From Actinomycetes bacterium (lineage in GTDB: Bacteria; Actinomycetota; Actinomycetes; Actinomycetales; Cellulomonadaceae): a stretch of 37,802 nucleotides of DNA. Below, piece by piece: positions 6,287-17,345 of this stretch. The translations under genes were made by a program, and so were the position numbers. Positions within the stretch are counted from its first letter, which is position 1. Every line of letters begins with the position of its first letter. The DNA lies in assembly GCA_023460255.1 (NCBI GenBank), contig JAEWQZ010000141.1, positions 1-37,802 on the forward strand, in the 5' to 3' direction. Under the pieces are notes generated by a model that was not told the DNA's origin, searched no databases, and saw only the letters and a list, made by a program, of their open reading frames with translations.

Positions 6287-7357
6287 CTACCCCAGCCGTG
6301 CGTCCGGAGCCGAACCCGATAGGCCTTCCGGCCGACGGGCGTCGGCGCCCGCGCGGAGCCCACCCTGCCGCTCCTCCCGGGTGAGCTCGGCCCCGACGAG
6401 GCCCAGCACCACGAGCTCGGCGAGGAGTCCCGTGACCGCGGACCACTCGCGCACCCGGAACACGAAGACCTGCACGACCAGCAGGCTGACCAGCACCGCC
6501 CAGCGGAACCGCAGGTAGCCGGCGCGGCGGTCGCGCCGGACGAGCCACAGGCCCCAGGCCGCGAGCCCCACCGCGGCGAAGCCGCTCGTCAGCAGCCCGA
6601 CGACGATCCAGCCCGGTACGTCCGCGCCGCCCCCCCACGCGGCGAGGCCCGTCCCGGCGCTGCCCACGAGACTCGCGACGAGCAGGCCGACCGTCGCCCA
6701 CGGCACCCAGCGCCGGGCCGCGAGGCCCTGGGACGCGCGCACGACGGCGGCGCTCACCGTCGCGATCGGGTTCGGCAGCTCGTCGGGGTCGTCCACGACG
6801 GCGTCGAGGAGGGCACGGACCTCCGCCGCGCCCGGCACACCGCCGGCGCGGTCCGCCAGGCTCCGCGCCCTGTCCCGCGTCACCGGCGTGAACCCCCCGG
6901 CCACCCCCGCCACGGCATGGTCGACCGCGCCGGCGAGGTACTCCCGCGGGTCGTGCGGGCGGCGTCCGTGCAGCACCTCGGCGAGGAGCACCAGGCCGAC
7001 CACCACCGCGTAGATGAGGGCCGCCGTCGGCTCGTAGAAGTAGTCGTTGTCGGCGGTGACGAACTTGCCGACCTCGTCGACGAACAGCCCGAAGCCCACG
7101 CCCCCGAGCAGCGCGCCGACGGGCCGGACGACCGGTCCGGCGAAGGACAGCAGCACCACGAACGCCAGGGCCATCAGCAGGCCGCCCCACAGCACGTGGG
7201 CGATGTGCAGGCCGCCCCCACCGAGCTGCGGGTACCCCGCCGCCGCGAGGAAGGCGCGCGTGAGGAGCACCGTGACCACCGCCGCCACGACGAAGCCCGC
7301 GAGGTGCGAGCCGGCGGCCGGATCCCTGGGCAGCCCCAGGCGCAGCAGCCTCCTCAC
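6287..7357 (-). CDS. Multi-pass integral membrane protein of unknown function
   Basis: Multiple TM segments; motifs [19 protein letters not shown] and [22 protein letters not shown] overlaps the der stop. Confidence 0.85.
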   Translation of the reverse strand: MRRLLRLGLPRDPAAGSHLAGFVVAAVVTVLLTRAFLAAAGYPQLGGGGLHIAHVLWGGLLMALAFVVLLSFAGPVVRPVGALLGGVGFGLFVDEVGKFVTADNDYFYEPTAALIYAVVVGLVLLAEVLHGRRPHDPREYLAGAVDHAVAGVAGGFTPVTRDRARSLADRAGGVPGAAEVRALLDAVVDDPDELPNPIATVSAAVVRASQGLAARRWVPWATVGLLVASLVGSAGTGLAAWGGGADVPGWIVVGLLTSGFAAVGLAAWGLWLVRRDRRAGYLRFRWAVLVSLLVVQVFVFRVREWSAVTGLLAELVVLGLVGAELTREERQGGLRAGADARRPEGLSGSAPDARLG

Positions 7358-8919
7358 CGCTTGCGCTTCTCCCGTACGCGCACGGAGATGTGGATCGGGG
7401 ACCCCTCGAAGCCGAAGGTCTCGCGCAGGCGACGCTCGATGAAGCGCCGGTAGCCCGCCTCGAGGAACCCGGTGGCGAACACGACGAACCGCGGCGGCCG
7501 GGTGTCGGCCTGGGTGGCGAAGAGGATCCGGGGCTGGCGGCCCCCGCGCACGGGGTGCGGGTGCGCGGCGACCAGCTCACCGAGGAACGCGTTCAGCCGC
7601 CCTGTCGGGACCCGCGTGTCCCACGACTCAAGGGCCGTCTCCAGCGCCTTCACCAGCCGGTTCGTGTGCCAGCCGGTCTTCGCGGCGATGTTCACCCGGG
7701 GCGCCCACTGCACCTGGACGAGGTCGCGCTCGATCTCGCGCTCCAGGTACCGACGCCTGTCGTCGTCCATGAGGTCCCACTTGTTGTACGCGATGACGAG
7801 GGCGCGCCCCGCGTCGACGACCTGGGAGATCACGCGGGTGTCCTGCTCGGTGAGCACGTCGCTGGAGTCCACCAGCACGACGGCGACCTCGGCCTTCTCG
7901 ATCGCGGCCTGGGTGCGCAGCGAGGCGTAGAAGTCGGCGCCGGACGTCTGGTGCACGCGCCGGCGGATCCCCGCCGTGTCGACGAACCACCACGCCCGGT
8001 CGCCGAGCTGCACGAGCTCGTCCACAGGGTCGCGGGTGGTGCCCGCGACGTGGTCCACGACCACGCGCTGCGTGCCGACCAGCGCGTTGAGCAGGCTCGA
8101 CTTGCCGACGTTCGGCCGCCCGACGAGGGCGACGCGGCGCGGCCCGCCCGCCGGCATCGCGGACCCGTACGCGGACACCTCCGGCAGGGCCTCGAGGACG
8201 GCGTCGAGCAGGTCCCCGGTGCCCCGTCCGTGCAGCGCGGAGATCGGGTGCGGCTCGCCGAGGCCGAGGTTCCACAGCGCGGCGGCGTCTCCCTCCAGCT
8301 GCGGCCCGTCGACCTTGTTCGCCGCGAGGACGACGGGCTTGCCCGCCTTGCGCAGCAGCCGGACGACACGTTCGTCGGTGGCCGTCGCGCCGACCGTCGC
8401 GTCCACCACGAGCACGACGACGTCCGCGAGGTCGATCGCCACCTCGGCCTGCTCGGCCACCCGGGCGTCGAGGCCCGCGACGTCGACCTCCCAGCCGCCG
8501 GTGTCCACCAGCGTGAACGACCGCCCGGCCCATTCGGCGGGGTAGGTCACCCGGTCACGGGTGACCCCCGGGGTGTCGAGCACCACCGCTTCGCGGCGGC
8601 CGAGGACACGGTTGACCAGGGTCGACTTGCCGACGTTCGGCCGACCGACCACCGCCACGACGGGCACGGGGCCGGCGTCGACACCACCCCCGCCCGCGCC
8701 CGCTCCCCCGTCGAGGAGGGCGAGGTCCTCGTCCCCGAGGTCGTACTCGGCCAGCCCCGCCCGCAGCGCCCGCTCCCGGGTGCGCTCGTCGTCCGTCTCC
8801 GGGACGTCGAGGGCAGGGACGTGCAGCGCTGCGCCGTCGTCAGCGTCGTACTGGGCGTCGTCCTCGGCGGTGTCGGCGGGGTCTGCCGTGCCGGAGGTCT
8901 CGCGGGGGTCGTCCGTCAT
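7354..8919 (-). CDS. der: Ribosome biogenesis GTPase Der (EngA)
   Basis: Two GRPNVGKS P-loops, DTGG/DTAG, NKVD/NKWD and a C-terminal KH-like domain; start exact position approximate. Confidence 0.97.
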   Translation of the reverse strand: MTDDPRETSGTADPADTAEDDAQYDADDGAALHVPALDVPETDDERTRERALRAGLAEYDLGDEDLALLDGGAGAGGGGVDAGPVPVVAVVGRPNVGKSTLVNRVLGRREAVVLDTPGVTRDRVTYPAEWAGRSFTLVDTGGWEVDVAGLDARVAEQAEVAIDLADVVVLVVDATVGATATDERVVRLLRKAGKPVVLAANKVDGPQLEGDAAALWNLGLGEPHPISALHGRGTGDLLDAVLEALPEVSAYGSAMPAGGPRRVALVGRPNVGKSSLLNALVGTQRVVVDHVAGTTRDPVDELVQLGDRAWWFVDTAGIRRRVHQTSGADFYASLRTQAAIEKAEVAVVLVDSSDVLTEQDTRVISQVVDAGRALVIAYNKWDLMDDDRRRYLEREIERDLVQVQWAPRVNIAAKTGWHTNRLVKALETALESWDTRVPTGRLNAFLGELVAAHPHPVRGGRQPRILFATQADTRPPRFVVFATGFLEAGYRRFIERRLRETFGFEGSPIHISVRVREKRKR

Positions 8920-8945
8920 GACGCCATCCTCCCGTGCCGGGAGGC

Positions 8946-9716
8946 TCAGGGACGAACCGGTGCCTCCGAGTGCTCCCCGCCGTCGCCGTCGGCGGAGGAC
9001 GCAGCGGCCCCGTCGGCGGGCGTCACGTCGTCCCGGCCGGGGCCGTGGGCCGGGACGGGCAGGCCGGTCCGGGCGGCGACGGCCGCGACGTGGGCCGTCA
9101 ACGCGTCCCGCAGCTGTTCCTGCGCCAGGGCGACGGCGTCGCGCTTCGGCATGCCCTCGAGCCCGGTCGGCAGGACCGGCTCCCCGAACTCCACGTGCAG
9201 GCGGCGACGCAGACCCGGGATCCGGCCGGGGCCTTCCCCCGTGCGCCGGGTGCCGAGCATCGCCATCGGCACCACCGGCGCACCCGAGTGCACCGCGAGC
9301 CATGCCACGCCCGCACGGGCGCTCGAGCCGTCACCCCGGCCCCGCGTGCCCTCGGGGAAGATCCCGACCACCCGTCCCCGCTCCAGGAGTGCGAGCGCCG
9401 TGGCGAGTGCCGGCCGCCCGTTCGCCCTGTCGACGGGGACCTGGCCCGAGAGCCGGAACAGGAACCCGATGGGTGACCGGAAGAGCTCCACCTTGACGAG
9501 GATGTGCGTCCCACGGGGCGTGCAGCCGATCATCAGCGGACCGTCCGCCCAGCCGGCGTGGTTGCCCGCGACGATGACGGGCCCTCGCCGCGGCACGCGA
9601 TCCTTGCCCACGATGCGGGTGTTCCACACCACGCGGGCGAAGAACCTGCCGAGCCAGCGCCCCCAGCCGGGCCCGATCGCACGCGGCACCCGCGCCGCCC
9701 GCGGCGTGCCGCTCAT
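8946..9716 (-). CDS. Lysophospholipid acyltransferase (PlsC family)
   Basis: NHAGWAD (HX4D) and IFPEGTR motifs; ATGA overlap with cmk. Confidence 0.92.
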   Translation of the reverse strand: MSGTPRAARVPRAIGPGWGRWLGRFFARVVWNTRIVGKDRVPRRGPVIVAGNHAGWADGPLMIGCTPRGTHILVKVELFRSPIGFLFRLSGQVPVDRANGRPALATALALLERGRVVGIFPEGTRGRGDGSSARAGVAWLAVHSGAPVVPMAMLGTRRTGEGPGRIPGLRRRLHVEFGEPVLPTGLEGMPKRDAVALAQEQLRDALTAHVAAVAARTGLPVPAHGPGRDDVTPADGAAASSADGDGGEHSEAPVRP

Positions 9717-10474
9717 GCCCGGTCCCGCCCGGCCAGCACGCCCGACACGAGAGCGAGGACCGCCTCGATCGTCTGCTCGAACGTGAGCGCGCTCGAGTCG
9801 AGCGTCACCACGCCGTCGGCCGCCGTGCGGAACTCGACGACCGTCGCGTCCTTCGCGTCCCGCCCGACCACGTGCGCCCTGGTCGCCGCGATCGACGCGT
9901 CGTCGGCCACGCCGTGCACCTCGAGCGCACGCCGTGCGAGCCGGGCCTCCTCGCTCGCGGTGAGGAGGATGCGCACGTCGGCGTCCGGCGCGACGACCGT
10001 CGTGATGTCGCGTCCCTCCGCGACCACCCCCCGGCCCCCGGCCGCCCCGCCGTGGCGCTCGGCCGCGATCAGCGCGCGCTGACGGTCGACGAGCTCGGCG
10101 CGCACCTCGAGGTTGGTCGACAGATGGCTCACCGCACCGGAGATCGCCGGCTCGCGGATCGCGGCGGCGACGTCGGTGGCACCGACGTGCACGGTCGGCG
10201 CCGCCGGGTCCATGCCCATCCTCAGGTCCATGCCTCGCACGGCCGCGGCCACCGCCGGCCCGTCCGCGAGGTCCAGACCCAGGTCGCGGCACCACCACGT
10301 GGCGGCGCGGTACATCGCGCCGGTGTCCAGGTACGCCAGGCCGAGCTGCTGCGCGACCCGGCGGCACACGCTGGACTTCCCCGAGCCCGACGGCCCGTCG
10401 ACCGCCACCACGACTCCCGGCCGCTCGGGTGGTCCCCCCGCCTGCACGCCGGCCGCACCCCCGTCGACCCTCAT
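9713..10474 (-). CDS. cmk: Cytidylate kinase
   Basis: VDGPSGSGKSS, YLDTGAMYR and EGRDITTVV motifs. Confidence 0.96.
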   Translation of the reverse strand: MRVDGGAAGVQAGGPPERPGVVVAVDGPSGSGKSSVCRRVAQQLGLAYLDTGAMYRAATWWCRDLGLDLADGPAVAAAVRGMDLRMGMDPAAPTVHVGATDVAAAIREPAISGAVSHLSTNLEVRAELVDRQRALIAAERHGGAAGGRGVVAEGRDITTVVAPDADVRILLTASEEARLARRALEVHGVADDASIAATRAHVVGRDAKDATVVEFRTAADGVVTLDSSALTFEQTIEAVLALVSGVLAGRDRA

Positions 10475-11610
10475 CCGGCCACCCGCCAGCCCCGCGAGAC
10501 GAGCTCGGCCTCCAGCGTTCCTCCGAGGCCCGGCAGGACGGAGATCGAGGCCAGGCCGACGGGCTGGCTCGGTGCGTGCTCGAGGCCGAGCTCCTCGAGG
10601 TTGATCCCGACCGCCCCCATCTCGGTCAGCAGCCGGGCGAGCTCGCCCGGCCGGTCGGGGATCAGCACCGTCACGACGTCGTAGTCACGCCGGGCCCCGC
10701 CGTGCTTGCCGGGAATCCGGGCGACGCCGGCGTTGCCCGCTGCGATGGTGGCCGCGAGGGTGCCCAGGGCGCCGTCGGGCCAGGCGTGTGATCCGTGGCC
10801 GGCGGCTGCCTGCTCGAGCGCCCCGACGACGTCGTCCAGCTCGGCCCGCACGGCACGCAGCGCGGGCAGGACGGCGCCGGCGTTCGCGGCGAGGATCGCC
10901 GTCCACAGGCCCGGGTCGCCCGCGGCGATCCTGGTCACGTCGCGCAGTCCCTGGCCTGCCAGGTCCAGCGCCGCCGGGTCGGCGTCCCGCAGCCGTGCCG
11001 CCACCAGGGACGACACCACCTGCGGGACGTGCGAGACGACGGCCACCGCCTCGTCGTGCCGGCGCGCGTCCAACGTCACGGGGGTCGCACCGAGGTCCGT
11101 CGCCAGGCTCCGCACCGCGAGCACCGCCTCCGGCCGCGACGCCTCGGTCCCGACGACCACCCACGGCCGTCCGACGAAGAGGTCCGGGCGCGCCGCCGTC
11201 GGGCCAGACCGCTCCGAGCCGGCCATGGGGTGCGACCCGACGTACCGCGTCAGGTCCGCCCCGGCCGCCCGCAGGATGTCCAGCACGGCGCCCTTGACGC
11301 TCGCCACGTCGGTGACGACCGCGTCGGGGTGGGCCGCCAGCTCCGCCGCCACGACGTCTCCCGTGACGTCCGGGGGCGCAGCGACGACGACCAGCGCCGG
11401 CGCAGGGTCCCCCGGCTCCGGCAGGCGCCCGGCGCCGAGGTCGCGGGCGAGGAGCACGGTGACCCGGGACGGGTCGTGCAGCACCACGTCGACGCCAAGG
11501 CCGCGCAGGGCGAGGCCGACGCTCGCGCCGAGCAGGCCCGTGCCGACCACGCGGACCGGGCCGACGGTGGCCGCCGGGGGCGGCGCGCCCGCGCCCGGAG
11601 CCCCGCTCAT
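10471..11610 (-). CDS. tyrA: Prephenate dehydrogenase with C-terminal ACT domain
   Basis: GTGLLG Rossmann motif, TDVASVK, SHPMAGSE, HDEAVAVVSHVP, DVTRIA; ACT motif PDRPGELA. Confidence 0.93.
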   Translation of the reverse strand: MSGAPGAGAPPPAATVGPVRVVGTGLLGASVGLALRGLGVDVVLHDPSRVTVLLARDLGAGRLPEPGDPAPALVVVAAPPDVTGDVVAAELAAHPDAVVTDVASVKGAVLDILRAAGADLTRYVGSHPMAGSERSGPTAARPDLFVGRPWVVVGTEASRPEAVLAVRSLATDLGATPVTLDARRHDEAVAVVSHVPQVVSSLVAARLRDADPAALDLAGQGLRDVTRIAAGDPGLWTAILAANAGAVLPALRAVRAELDDVVGALEQAAAGHGSHAWPDGALGTLAATIAAGNAGVARIPGKHGGARRDYDVVTVLIPDRPGELARLLTEMGAVGINLEELGLEHAPSQPVGLASISVLPGLGGTLEAELVSRGWRVAG

Positions 11611-11969
11611 TGCGCGAGGTCCCGGCGCAGCACGGTGGCACCGTGCAGGTAGACGTGCTGCACGGCGGCGCGCGGGACGTCCAGCTCGGCGTGGGCCATC
11701 AGGCGGACGACGCGCGGCAGGGCGCCGGGCACGTCGATCTCCACGGCGCACATCAGGGGCACGTCACCCATCCCCATCTCGCGGGCTGCCGTGGCCGGGA
11801 AGTCGCTGCGCAGGTCCGGCGTGCACGTGAAGATGACGGACACGAGCGCTCCGGCGTCGATGCCGTTCGCGTCGAGCACCGCCTGCACGAGCTCGGCCGT
11901 GCGCTCGAAGAGGTGCCCGCGCTCGTCGCGGTCGAGCTGGGTGGCCCCGCGGATCGCCCGCACGGTCAT
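11607..11969 (-). CDS. aroH: AroH-type chorismate mutase
   Basis: VRAIRGATQ, FPATAAR, HVYLHGATVLRRDL; GGAGG RBS. Confidence 0.94.
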   Translation of the reverse strand: MTVRAIRGATQLDRDERGHLFERTAELVQAVLDANGIDAGALVSVIFTCTPDLRSDFPATAAREMGMGDVPLMCAVEIDVPGALPRVVRLMAHAELDVPRAAVQHVYLHGATVLRRDLAQ

Positions 11970-12036
11970 CGCCGGTCCTCCCCCGTCGTCGCACACGCCG
12001 CGTGCACGCGCACGCCCGCGCGGAAGGCTACCCGGC

Positions 12037-12813
12037 TCACAGCCCGACCTCGGCCATGAGCGCGCCCAGCTCCTTGCGGGTCAGCTCCCGCATCGCGCCC
12101 GGCTTCAGCGTCCCCAGGCGGACCGGGCCGATCTGGGTACGGACGAGGCGCAGGACCGGATGACCGACCTCCTCCAGCAGGCGCCGGACGATGCGGTTGC
12201 GGCCCTCGTGCAGGACCACCTCGACCATGCTCCGCCCTGCCGCGGAGTCCACCACCCGGAACGAGTCCACGACGACGGGCCCGTCGTCGAGCTGGACGCC
12301 CGCCCGCAGCCGCACGCCCACGCCCGGCCGTACGCGGCCCTGCACCGTGGCGAGGTAGGTCTTGCGCACGCCGTGGGAGGGGTGCGCAAGGCGGTTGGCG
12401 AGCTCGCCGTCGTTCGTCAGGAGCAGCAGGCCCTCCGTGTCGGCGTCGAGCCGGCCGACGTGGAAGAGCCGCTCGGGGCGGTCCACGACGTAGGAGGCCA
12501 ACGACGGACGGTTGCGCTCGTCACTCATCGTCGACACGACCCCGGCGGGCTTGTTGAAGGCCAGCGTCACCATGCTCGCGTCGAGCTGCACGCGCGCGCC
12601 GTCGACGTGCACGACGGCGCGCTGCGGGTCGACGCGCACGCCCAGCTCCCGCACGACCACGCCGTCCACGCTCACGCGGCCGGCTGCGATGAGCTCCTCG
12701 CAGGCGCGGCGCGAGCCGAGCCCGGCGCCGGCGAGCACCTTCTGCAGCCGGACGCCCTCGGGGTCGTGCACGTCGGCCGGGGGACGGCCGTCGTCGACGT
12801 GGCGGGCGCTCAT
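12037..12813 (-). CDS. RNA pseudouridine synthase (RsuA/RluB family)
   Basis: S4 domain RLQKVLAGAGLGSRR; catalytic GRLDADTEGLLLLTNDG; EGRNRIVRR. Confidence 0.95.
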   Translation of the reverse strand: MSARHVDDGRPPADVHDPEGVRLQKVLAGAGLGSRRACEELIAAGRVSVDGVVVRELGVRVDPQRAVVHVDGARVQLDASMVTLAFNKPAGVVSTMSDERNRPSLASYVVDRPERLFHVGRLDADTEGLLLLTNDGELANRLAHPSHGVRKTYLATVQGRVRPGVGVRLRAGVQLDDGPVVVDSFRVVDSAAGRSMVEVVLHEGRNRIVRRLLEEVGHPVLRLVRTQIGPVRLGTLKPGAMRELTRKELGALMAEVGL

Positions 12814-13511
12814 CCCGGCCCCCCGCCGTCGACGCCGTCGAGCGCCTCCAGGTCCGGCAGGTAGGGCGCCAGGGGCGGGAGCTGGTCGAGACCGGTCAGG
12901 CCCATCCGCTCGAGGAAGTACGGCGTGGTGCCGTAGAGCACCGCCCCCGAGGGCTCGGTACCGACCTCGGTGACGAGCCCGCGCGCAGCGAGGGTGCGCA
13001 CGACGGACTCCACGTTCACCCCGCGCACCGCGGACACCTGGCCGCGGGTGACGGGCTGCCGGTACGCGATGACGGCGAGCGTCTCCAGCGCCGCCTGCGT
13101 CAGGCGTGCGGCCTGACCGTCCAGCACGAAGCGGCCGACGACGTCGGCATGGGCGGGCGCGGAGTAGACCCGCCACCCGCCACCGGCCTCCCGGAGCTCG
13201 AACCCCCGCGGACGGCCGCCACGCTCCCCGCGGTACTCGGCGGCGAGCTCGCCGAGCAGGCGCTCGACCTCCGCCGTCGGCAGGCCCAGCACCGTCGCCA
13301 GCTGGACGGCCGGCAAGGGCTCGTCGACGACCATGAGGACGGCCTCGAGCGCCGCCTCGGCACCGCCCGGCAGGTCCGTGACGTCGAAGGCCAGCTCGTC
13401 CACGGCCGGGCGACCGGCCATCGGGTCCGCAGCGCCTCCGTCGGCCCCGTCGGCCGGAGCTGCACCGTTCGTCACGACGTCCACGCCGTCCACGTCGTCC
13501 GTCGCGCTCAC
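12810..13511 (-). CDS. scpB: SMC-Scp complex subunit ScpB
   Basis: ALETLAVIAYRQPVTR, VRGV and LYGTTPYFLE motifs. Confidence 0.95.
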   Translation of the reverse strand: MSATDDVDGVDVVTNGAAPADGADGGAADPMAGRPAVDELAFDVTDLPGGAEAALEAVLMVVDEPLPAVQLATVLGLPTAEVERLLGELAAEYRGERGGRPRGFELREAGGGWRVYSAPAHADVVGRFVLDGQAARLTQAALETLAVIAYRQPVTRGQVSAVRGVNVESVVRTLAARGLVTEVGTEPSGAVLYGTTPYFLERMGLTGLDQLPPLAPYLPDLEALDGVDGGGPG

Positions 13512-14419
13512 GCGTCCCCTCCCTCGTCGGTCGGCGGTCCGGTGGTCCCGCCCGCGTCCTCGTCCGGCGCCGCGTGCCGGCCGGAGCCGCGGCCCGGCCC
13601 CGACCCGCCGTCGTAGTCGTCTTCCACGGTGACGTCCGCCGAACCGCCCGTCCACCTGATCGTCAGCTCGCCGAGCGGCGCGACCTGGTCGAACGCGACG
13701 GCCCCCTCACGGTAGAGCTCGAGCAGCGCGAGGAAGCGCGCCACCACCACCGTCGGCGACCCGGCGTCGGCGACCAGCGCGCGGAACGACCCGGAACCGG
13801 CACGGCGGAGCCGCTCGGCCACGACGGCGGCCTGCTCACGGACGCTCACGGTCGGCGTGTACAGGTGGCTGGTGTCGACCTCGGGCGCAGGCCGCGGGCG
13901 CAGGGCGTGCGCCGCCAGCACCGCCAGCTCGCCGGGACCGATCTCCAGGACGAGCTCGGGCAGGAGGGCCGCCAGCTGCGGCTCGAGCGCCACGGCGCGC
14001 GGGGTGCTACGCCCCTGCTCCGCCAGTCGCGTCCCGATCGTCGCCGCCACCTCCTTGTACGCGCGGTACTGGAGCAGCCGGGCGAACAGGAGGTCGCGTG
14101 CCTCGAGCAGCTCGAGGTCCTCCGCGTCGTCCTCGGTGGCCGGCAGGAGACGGGACGCCTTGAGGTCCAGCAACGTCGCCGCGACGACGAGGAACTCGCT
14201 GAGCCGGCCGAGGTCCCAGGGCTCCGCCCTCGCCTCGGCGTCGCGCACGGCCCCGATGAACTCGTCGGTCACCCGCGCGAGAGCGACCTCGGTGATGTCC
14301 AGCCGGTGCCGGGAGATGAGGGACAGGAGCAGGTCGAACGGGCCGGAGAAGTTCTCGAGGTGGACCTCGAACGGCCCGGCCGGCCCCGCGACGGCCTGCG
14401 CCGCAGCGTCAGGCGGCAT
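13508..14419 (-). CDS. scpA: Segregation/condensation kleisin ScpA
   Basis: FSGPFDLLLSLI, EFLVVAATLLDLKA and VVARFLALLEL motifs. Confidence 0.95.
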   Translation of the reverse strand: MPPDAAAQAVAGPAGPFEVHLENFSGPFDLLLSLISRHRLDITEVALARVTDEFIGAVRDAEARAEPWDLGRLSEFLVVAATLLDLKASRLLPATEDDAEDLELLEARDLLFARLLQYRAYKEVAATIGTRLAEQGRSTPRAVALEPQLAALLPELVLEIGPGELAVLAAHALRPRPAPEVDTSHLYTPTVSVREQAAVVAERLRRAGSGSFRALVADAGSPTVVVARFLALLELYREGAVAFDQVAPLGELTIRWTGGSADVTVEDDYDGGSGPGRGSGRHAAPDEDAGGTTGPPTDEGGDA

Positions 14420-15275
14420 CGCCGCGGGCCACCAGCTCGCGGGCGAGCTGCCGGTACGCCGTCGCGCCGGCATGGGCGGGGGCGTAGCTCGTGATCGGCT
14501 CCGCCGCCACGGACGAGTCCGGGAACTTCACGGTGCGGCCGATGACCGTGTGCAGGAGCTGGTCGCCGAAGGCCTCCCGCACCCGCGCGAGCACCTCCTT
14601 GGAGTGCAGCGTGCGCGGGTCGTGCATCGTGCCGAGGATCCCGTCGATCTGCAGCCGCGGGTTCAGCCGGTCCCGGACCTTCTCGACCGTCTCGATGAGC
14701 AGGGCTACGCCGCGCAAGGCGAAGAACTCGCACTCGAGCGGGATGAGGACCCCGTGCGCGGCCGTCAGCGCGTTCACGGTGAGCAGGCCGAGCGAGGGCT
14801 GGCAGTCGATGAGGATGACGTCGTACTCCGCCTCGGCGGGCCGCAGCGCACGGGCCAGCACCGACTCGCGGGCGACCTCGCCGACCAGCTGCACCTCGGC
14901 CGCCGACAGGTCGATGTTCGCCGGCACGACGTCCAGGCCGGGCACGGCCGTGTGCCGCACGATGTCGGCCACCGTGACCCCCCGCTCCATGAGGAGCGTG
15001 TAGACGGTCCGGTCCAGCTCGTGCGTGTTGACGCCCAGCCCGACGGAGGCAGCGCCCTGCGGGTCGAAGTCCACCACCAGCACGCGGCGGCCGTACTCCG
15101 CCAGCGCCGCGCCCAGGTTGATGGTGGTCGTCGTCTTGCCGACCCCGCCCTTCTGGTTGCACAGGGCGATGATCCTGGCGGGCCCGTGGGCCGTCAGCGG
15201 TGCCGGCTCCGGGAACTCCGGCAGCGGGCGCCCGGCGGGGTCCAGGGTCGTCGCGACGTCGTCCGGGCTGGTCAC
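14409..15275 (-). CDS. ParA/Soj-family ATPase
   Basis: NQKGGVGKTTT, DFDPQG and IDCQPSLG motifs; conserved position before scpAB. Confidence 0.95.
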   Translation of the reverse strand: MTSPDDVATTLDPAGRPLPEFPEPAPLTAHGPARIIALCNQKGGVGKTTTTINLGAALAEYGRRVLVVDFDPQGAASVGLGVNTHELDRTVYTLLMERGVTVADIVRHTAVPGLDVVPANIDLSAAEVQLVGEVARESVLARALRPAEAEYDVILIDCQPSLGLLTVNALTAAHGVLIPLECEFFALRGVALLIETVEKVRDRLNPRLQIDGILGTMHDPRTLHSKEVLARVREAFGDQLLHTVIGRTVKFPDSSVAAEPITSYAPAHAGATAYRQLARELVARGDAA

Positions 15276-15369
15276 GCCGAGAGGCTACCGCAGCGCCGGG
15301 CGCCGCCACCGGCGCAACACCGGCCGCGCCGTCGTGGTCGGACGGGAGTCCCGTCAGTTGGCAGCCCGG

Positions 15370-16344
15370 TCAGCCCAGCGCCCGCGGGTGCGCGAGGGCG
15401 TACACCTCGCGGAGCGAGTCCGGCGTGACGTGGGTGTAGATCTGCGTGGTCGTCACCGACGCGTGCCCGAGCAGCTCCTGGACCACACGGACGTCGGCCC
15501 CACCCGCGAGCAGGTGGGTCGCGAAGGAGTGCCGCAGGGTGTGCGGCGAGACGTCCTCGGCACCCGGCAGCCCCGCGCGCCGGGCGGCCTGACGTAGCGT
15601 CGCCCACGCGGTCTGGCGGGACATCCGGGCGCCGCGGGTGTTCAGGAACACGGCCGGGGTGCCCCGCCCGGCGCCGGCCAGCGCCGGACGCGCGCGCACG
15701 AGGTAGGCGTCCACCGCGTCGCGCGCGAAGGAGCCGACCGGGACGACCCGCTCCTTGCTGCCCTTGCCGAGCAGGCGCACCGAGGCGTGCGCCGGGTCGA
15801 GGTCCAGGTCGTCGACGTCCAGGCCGACGACCTCGCTGATCCGGGCGCCCGTGGAGTAGAGGAGCTCCAGCAGCGCCCTGTCGCGCAGCGGGACCGGCCC
15901 CTCCCCCTGTCCGGCGGCGTCGAGCAGCCGTGCGACGTCGTCGACGCTCATCGCCCGTGGCAGACGACGGGGCTGCGCGGGGGGCTTCACGCCTGTCGAC
16001 GGGTCGGCGGCGGCGAGGCCCTCGACGGCGCAGAAGCGGTGCCACCCGTGCACGGCGGCGACCACCCGAGCGGTCGACGACGCCGCCAGCGCCACCCCCT
16101 GGGACCCGCTGCGCAGCGACGTGACGAACGCCCGGACGTCGGCTTCGGTGACCTCGCCGACCTCCGACCGGCCGGCTGTGCCCAGGAACCGCGCGTACCT
16201 GTCGAGGTCGCGGCGGTAGGCCGCCAGCGTGTTGCTCGCCAGGCCGCGCTCGACGGCGAGGTGGTCGAGGTAGAGCCCGACCGCCCGCGCGAGCCCGGGC
16301 GCCACCTCCGAAGGCGCCTGCCCGGTCTCGCGCGAGGTGCTCAC
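15370..16344 (-). CDS. xerD: Tyrosine recombinase XerD
   Basis: [16 protein letters not shown]; catalytic set [33 protein letters not shown]. Confidence 0.93.
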   Translation of the reverse strand: MSTSRETGQAPSEVAPGLARAVGLYLDHLAVERGLASNTLAAYRRDLDRYARFLGTAGRSEVGEVTEADVRAFVTSLRSGSQGVALAASSTARVVAAVHGWHRFCAVEGLAAADPSTGVKPPAQPRRLPRAMSVDDVARLLDAAGQGEGPVPLRDRALLELLYSTGARISEVVGLDVDDLDLDPAHASVRLLGKGSKERVVPVGSFARDAVDAYLVRARPALAGAGRGTPAVFLNTRGARMSRQTAWATLRQAARRAGLPGAEDVSPHTLRHSFATHLLAGGADVRVVQELLGHASVTTTQIYTHVTPDSLREVYALAHPRALG

Positions 16345-17345
16345 ACCGGCCAGAACGGGTCCGCCGCCACCGCCGCGAACAGGACCGTCAGGTAGGTGAT
16401 GGAGCCGTGGAAGACCCCCATCTCGCCGAGCTTGCGCCCGGGCCGCGGTCGACGCGCGCGCAGCAGGAGCACGACCACGGACCAGAGGAACCAGGCCCCC
16501 GCGACCCCCGCCACGACGGCGTAGACCCACGTCGTCGGGGCCAGCGGGACGAGGGCGAGCGACGCGGCCACCATGGCGACGGAGTACGCGACCATCTCCA
16601 CCGCCACCCGGACGTCGCTCGCGACGACCGGCAGCATCGGGACACCGGCGGCCGCGTAGTCGCGCCGGAACCGCATCGACAGCGGCCAGTAGTGCGGCGG
16701 CGTCCAGAAGAAGACGACGAGGAACAGCGCCACCGGGGCCCAGTCCAGCGAGCCGGTGACCGCCGCCCACCCGATGAGGACGGGCATGCAGCCGGCGATG
16801 CCACCCCAGACGATGTTCTGCGGGGTGCGCCGCTTGAGCAGCATCGTGTAGCCCACGACGTACAGCACGATCGCCGCGGCGGCCAGCACCGCGCTGAGCA
16901 CGTTGATCGCGAGGGCGAAGAACGCGACGGACCCCACCGCGAGCGCGAGCCCGAAGACCAGCGCGCCGCGCGGCGACACGTCGCCGGTGACCAGCGGGCG
17001 GCGCCTCGTGCGGTTCATCACGGCGTCGATGTCCCGGTCGAGCAGCATGTTCAGCGTGTTCGCCGCCCCCGCGGCGGCAGTCCCGCCGAGGAGCGTGCCG
17101 AGGAGGAGCCCGACGTCCGGGAAGCCGCCGCCGACCCGCTGCTGGGCGAGCAGCATGGTGGGCAGGGTCGTCACGAGGAGGAGCTCGATGATCCGCGGCT
17201 TGGTCAGGGCGACGTAGGCCGCCACCCGGCGCAGCAGCGGTGCCCACCGGCGCGGCGGCTCGGCTCGCTGCCGGTCGACGAGACCCTGCGGGTCGACGGC
17301 ACCCTCCGGGCGCGCCTTCGCCGGCGCGTGGCTGCGGGTGCGCAC
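16341..17345 (-). CDS. ctaB: Protoheme IX farnesyltransferase (heme o synthase); start uncertain
   Basis: [37 protein letters not shown] and [11 protein letters not shown] motifs. Confidence 0.95.
   Translation of the reverse strand: MRTRSHAPAKARPEGAVDPQGLVDRQRAEPPRRWAPLLRRVAAYVALTKPRIIELLLVTTLPTMLLAQQRVGGGFPDVGLLLGTLLGGTAAAGAANTLNMLLDRDIDAVMNRTRRRPLVTGDVSPRGALVFGLALAVGSVAFFALAINVLSAVLAAAAIVLYVVGYTMLLKRRTPQNIVWGGIAGCMPVLIGWAAVTGSLDWAPVALFLVVFFWTPPHYWPLSMRFRRDYAAAGVPMLPVVASDVRVAVEMVAYSVAMVAASLALVPLAPTTWVYAVVAGVAGAWFLWSVVVLLLRARRPRPGRKLGEMGVFHGSITYLTVLFAAVAADPFWPV

Noticed and set aside
10471..11969. aroH-tyrA inside the scpAB-cmk-der cluster as a novel insertion
   Set aside because: To my knowledge this arrangement is common in actinobacteria.
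14409..15275. ParA without ParB as a plasmid or prophage partition system
   Set aside because: An orphan ParA before scpAB is standard in actinobacterial chromosomes.
15370..16344. Tyrosine recombinase as the island integrase
   Set aside because: It has XerD-type sequence in the conserved xerD-parA-scpAB context, about 9 kb from the tRNA.
16341..17345. ctaB as part of the copper system
   Set aside because: It is in its usual position divergent from tkt, and no CopR or CsoR motif was seen upstream.
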